A stretch of DNA of 64,000 nucleotides from Thermoleophilia bacterium (GTDB taxonomy: Bacteria; Actinomycetota; Thermoleophilia; Gaiellales; JAICJC01): contig JAICYJ010000007.1 of NCBI GenBank assembly GCA_025934255.1, positions 2,290-66,289 on the forward strand, in the 5' to 3' direction. The notes under the pieces were generated by a model. It was not told where the DNA came from and made no database searches. It worked only from the letters and a program-made list of their open reading frames with translations. The translations under genes and the position numbers were made by a program. Shown piece after piece: positions 61,570 through 64,000 of the stretch (within the stretch, counting starts at the first letter, position 1; the number at the start of each line of letters is the position of its first letter).

Positions 61570-62151
61570 TCAGGGCGCCAGCTGGCGCAGCGTCCAGCCG
61601 TCGCCGTTGCGGCGGAACTGGCGGCGCCGGTGCAACCGGTAGTCGCCGTGCTCCCAGAACTCGATCGCGTGGGGCACCAGCAGGTAGCCGCCCCAGTGCG
61701 GCGGCCGCTCCACCGCGCGGGCGCCCCAGCGGCGCTGCTCCTGGGCGTACGCGTCGAGCAGCGCCTCGCGCGACTCCAGCTCCCGGCTCTGCTGGCTGGC
61801 CCACGCGCCCAGCTGGCTCTCGCGTGGCCGCGATGCGAAGTACGCGTCGCTGGCCGCGTCGTCGAGCGGCCGCACCGGGCCCTCGGCCCGCAGCTGCAGC
61901 CCCGGCGGCTCCCAGTAGAACGCGATCGCCGCCCACGGGTTCGCGGCCAGCTCCTCGCCCTTGCGGCTGTCGCGGTTCGTGTAGAAGCGGAAACCGTCCT
62001 GGTCGAGCCCGCGCATCAGCACCATCCGCACCGCCGGGTGGCCCTGCTCGTTGGCCGTCGCCAGCGCCATCGCCTCGGGCTGCGGGGCGCCGGCGCGCGC
62101 GGCCGCGTCCAGCCAACTCTGTGCCAGCGCGATCGGGTCGGGGACGGTCAC
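61570..62151 (-). CDS. pdxH: pyridoxamine 5'-phosphate oxidase
   Basis: AMALATANEQGHPAVRMVLMRGLDQDGFRFYTNRDSRKGEEL, RPRESQLGAWASQQS and IEFWEHGDYRLHRR..W..RQLAP are PdxH signatures. GTG at 62151. Confidence 0.9.
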   Translation of the reverse strand: MTVPDPIALAQSWLDAAARAGAPQPEAMALATANEQGHPAVRMVLMRGLDQDGFRFYTNRDSRKGEELAANPWAAIAFYWEPPGLQLRAEGPVRPLDDAASDAYFASRPRESQLGAWASQQSRELESREALLDAYAQEQRRWGARAVERPPHWGGYLLVPHAIEFWEHGDYRLHRRRQFRRNGDGWTLRQLAP

Positions 62152-62165
62152 GCCGGGATTGTCCC

Positions 62166-62522
62166 TCAGGTCACGGTCAGCTTGGCGTTCATGCCCAGCG
62201 CGCGGTGCCCGGGGATGCCGCAGAACAGCGAGTAGACGCCCGGCTTCAGGTTCACGGTGATGGTGGCCGTGGCGCCGCTGCGGATGCGGCCGCTGAAGCC
62301 GTACTGCGATCCGTGCTTGCGGATCTTGATGTTGTGGTCGTCCTGCCCGAAGTTGTGGATCGAGAACGTGATCGTGCCGTGCTGCACCCTCAGCCGGCTC
62401 AGCGTCACGCTCCACTCGCGCTCGGACACGCCGACGGCGCTGCCGCCGGAGGCACCGCTCCAGGCGGGCGAGACGAGCACGAACAGGCACAGCGCAGCTG
62501 CCAGTGTCACGAGACCCCTCAT
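62166..62522 (-). CDS. secreted cupredoxin-like (blue-copper) protein
   Basis: Signal peptide. HN..DDH and the C-terminal FCGIPGHRALGM (C-x2-P-G-H-x3-G-M copper ligand loop). Confidence 0.8.
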   Translation of the reverse strand: MRGLVTLAAALCLFVLVSPAWSGASGGSAVGVSEREWSVTLSRLRVQHGTITFSIHNFGQDDHNIKIRKHGSQYGFSGRIRSGATATITVNLKPGVYSLFCGIPGHRALGMNAKLTVT

Positions 62523-62614
62523 CGCCCCTCGTATCGGCGCGGCCGCCGGCGCCCACCATCCCCCGATTGACCGATTCGCCCGTATGCTCCCCCGGTGTCG
62601 GGAAGAACTGGTCC

Positions 62615-63688
62615 ATGACTCTGCTCCTGCGTGTCATCTTGGTGGTCGTCGTGTCGGCGATCGTGCTGGCGGTCGCCTACGTGGTCGTCACCGACCCCGG
62701 ATCCGGTACCGACGTGACCGCCCGCGGACATCGCGCACCGGTGCAGGCCGACGTCGGCCGCGCTGTGAAGCTGGGCCGCGGGCGCGCCGTGATGGCGTCG
62801 GGACCGGCCGGGCTGTGGGTGGCGCGGCAGCCCCCGACCGGCTCCCCGGGCGAAGTGGAGCGGATCGACACCGACACCGGCAGGCCGGAGCACGCCTATC
62901 AGCTCAATATCCTGCCGGAGGGGATTGCGGTCGGACACGGCGTGATCTGGGTGCTCGGCACGAAGCGCACCGACGGCCCGGCCATGTTGCTTCGGATCGA
63001 TCCGGCCAGCGGCCGCGTGCAGCACCGCCTGCAGCTGGCAGAGCCGCCATCCTGCGCCACCGAGAAGTGGGCCAGCTGCTATCCGGTCGCGACCCGTGAC
63101 GGCGTCTGGGTGCCGCTGCTTGACGAAGTCGTGTACGTCAACCGATCGGGCACGATGGCCGACCGGAGTGTGCCGGTGAACGGCCACGTGTGGGATCTCA
63201 CCGGCAGCCTCGGTCAGCTGTGGGCGCTGGCCGAGACCGCGATCTACCGGATCACCGAGCGTACCGGCGACAGCCTTCGGATCGGCCTCAAGAAGAAGGT
63301 GGGCGTGGGCGTGCAGTCGAACCACGTTACCGCCGACGGCCACTCGGTGTGGGTCTCGAGCTACCCCCGCACCTCCACCACGAAGCCCGGCCGCCTGACC
63401 CGGATCAGCCCGGTCCAGCCGCCGCAGGTGACGGTGTCGCGGATCTATCCGGGTGCGGGCGCGCTGGCGCTGGCGGACGGCGGCCTGTGGGTGGCCCGGT
63501 TCGACGGCCAGGGCGAGCTCGACCGGCTGAACGCGGCCACCGGCACGCTCACCGGGCCGTTCAAGCTGATGCCCGACGACCCGACCGTGCTGGTGCAGCG
63601 GGGCGACGACCTGTGGGTGCTGAGCTACCGATCCACCGGCAACGTGCGCACGGTCACCAAGGTGACGCTGACGCCCGCGGCCAAGTAG
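62615..63688 (+). CDS. membrane-anchored beta-propeller-like protein, hypothetical
   Basis: TM (LLLRVILVVVVSAIVLAVAYVVV). Repeated ..G.[LIV]WV......L.RID..[ST]G.. blades like the ectodomain of the cyclase at 44005..45630. Confidence 0.65.
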   Translation: MTLLLRVILVVVVSAIVLAVAYVVVTDPGSGTDVTARGHRAPVQADVGRAVKLGRGRAVMASGPAGLWVARQPPTGSPGEVERIDTDTGRPEHAYQLNILPEGIAVGHGVIWVLGTKRTDGPAMLLRIDPASGRVQHRLQLAEPPSCATEKWASCYPVATRDGVWVPLLDEVVYVNRSGTMADRSVPVNGHVWDLTGSLGQLWALAETAIYRITERTGDSLRIGLKKKVGVGVQSNHVTADGHSVWVSSYPRTSTTKPGRLTRISPVQPPQVTVSRIYPGAGALALADGGLWVARFDGQGELDRLNAATGTLTGPFKLMPDDPTVLVQRGDDLWVLSYRSTGNVRTVTKVTLTPAAK

Positions 63689-63697
63689 ATTCCAGGC

Positions 63698-64000
63698 GTG
63701 CGCGTCGCCATCATCGCCCCGGCCTGGTTTGCGGTGCCGCCCACCCGCTACGGCGGCATCGAGTGGGTGGTGTCGATCCTGGCCGACGGGCTGGTCGACC
63801 ACGGGCACGAGGTGACGCTATTCGCGGCCGGCGACTCGCAGACCAAGGCGCGGCTGGTGACCAGTTACGACGATCCGCCCAGCATGCGCATCGGGCTGTC
63901 GATGCCGGATCTGCACCACGCGCTCACCTGCTTCGCCAACGCCGACCAGTTCGACCTGATCAACGATCACTCCGGCCCACTGGCGGCCGCGCTCGGCGGC
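63698..64000 (+). CDS. GT4-family glycosyltransferase, N-terminal part (runs off the right window edge)
   Basis: VRVAIIAPAWFAVPPTRYGGIEWVVSILADGLVDHGHEVTLFAAGDS is the usual GT-B group-1 N-terminus. Open to nt 64000. Confidence 0.75.
   Translation, partial: MRVAIIAPAWFAVPPTRYGGIEWVVSILADGLVDHGHEVTLFAAGDSQTKARLVTSYDDPPSMRIGLSMPDLHHALTCFANADQFDLINDHSGPLAAALGG

Noticed and set aside
1-64000. CRISPR arrays, rRNA genes, IS elements
   Set aside because: No regularly spaced short repeats, no rRNA-like conserved stretches and no transposase-like ORFs were seen. The only tandem or dispersed repeats are those listed as features.

Overview
GC-rich chromosomal segment (G/C dominates third codon positions; many GTG starts and 4-nt ATGA/GTGA start/stop overlaps), probably from an Actinomycetota-like genome (inference). 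About 68 features are supported.

**Left part (1-20 kb).** It carries an L,D-transpeptidase, a 1-Cys peroxiredoxin, an orphan DNA methyltransferase, a GGDEF/HD-GYP protein, an MFS exporter and ChrA. It also has an ArsR-type regulator that runs in frame into a 7Fe ferredoxin, and an IscA-like protein. An arsR-arsN-aqp-arsC operon follows; its MIP channel has lost the first NPA half-site. There is also a decayed alpha/beta-hydrolase pseudogene and a LuxR-type regulator with an atypical receiver domain.

**Centre (20-35 kb).** This is a tightly coupled Wzx/Wzy-type glycan locus: dehydratase, priming transferase, nucleotidyltransferase, DegT aminotransferase, Wzz-like protein, GT4, Wzy, Wzx, deacetylase and formyltransferase. 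The most unusual element in the window sits inside it: a cassette of an HprK-related P-loop protein, an RtcB-family (RNA-ligase-type) protein, an unknown 146-aa ORF and an APH-fold kinase (26971-30889).

**Downstream (35-64 kb).**
- Two paralogous secreted beta-helix proteins, one with a 267-bp tandem duplication and a CBM-like tail.
- tRNA-Arg(TCT), an SLT transglycosylase and a class III cyclase with a beta-propeller ectodomain.
- A run of large secreted beta-propeller proteins next to an orphan TadG-like gene.
- A Ser/Thr kinase and a second Wzy-like/Wzz-like pair.
- BHMT-type methyltransferase, PdxH and a cupredoxin.

No CRISPR array, transposase, integrase or rRNA was seen. All family calls rest on motif recognition by eye and need HMM or BLAST confirmation.
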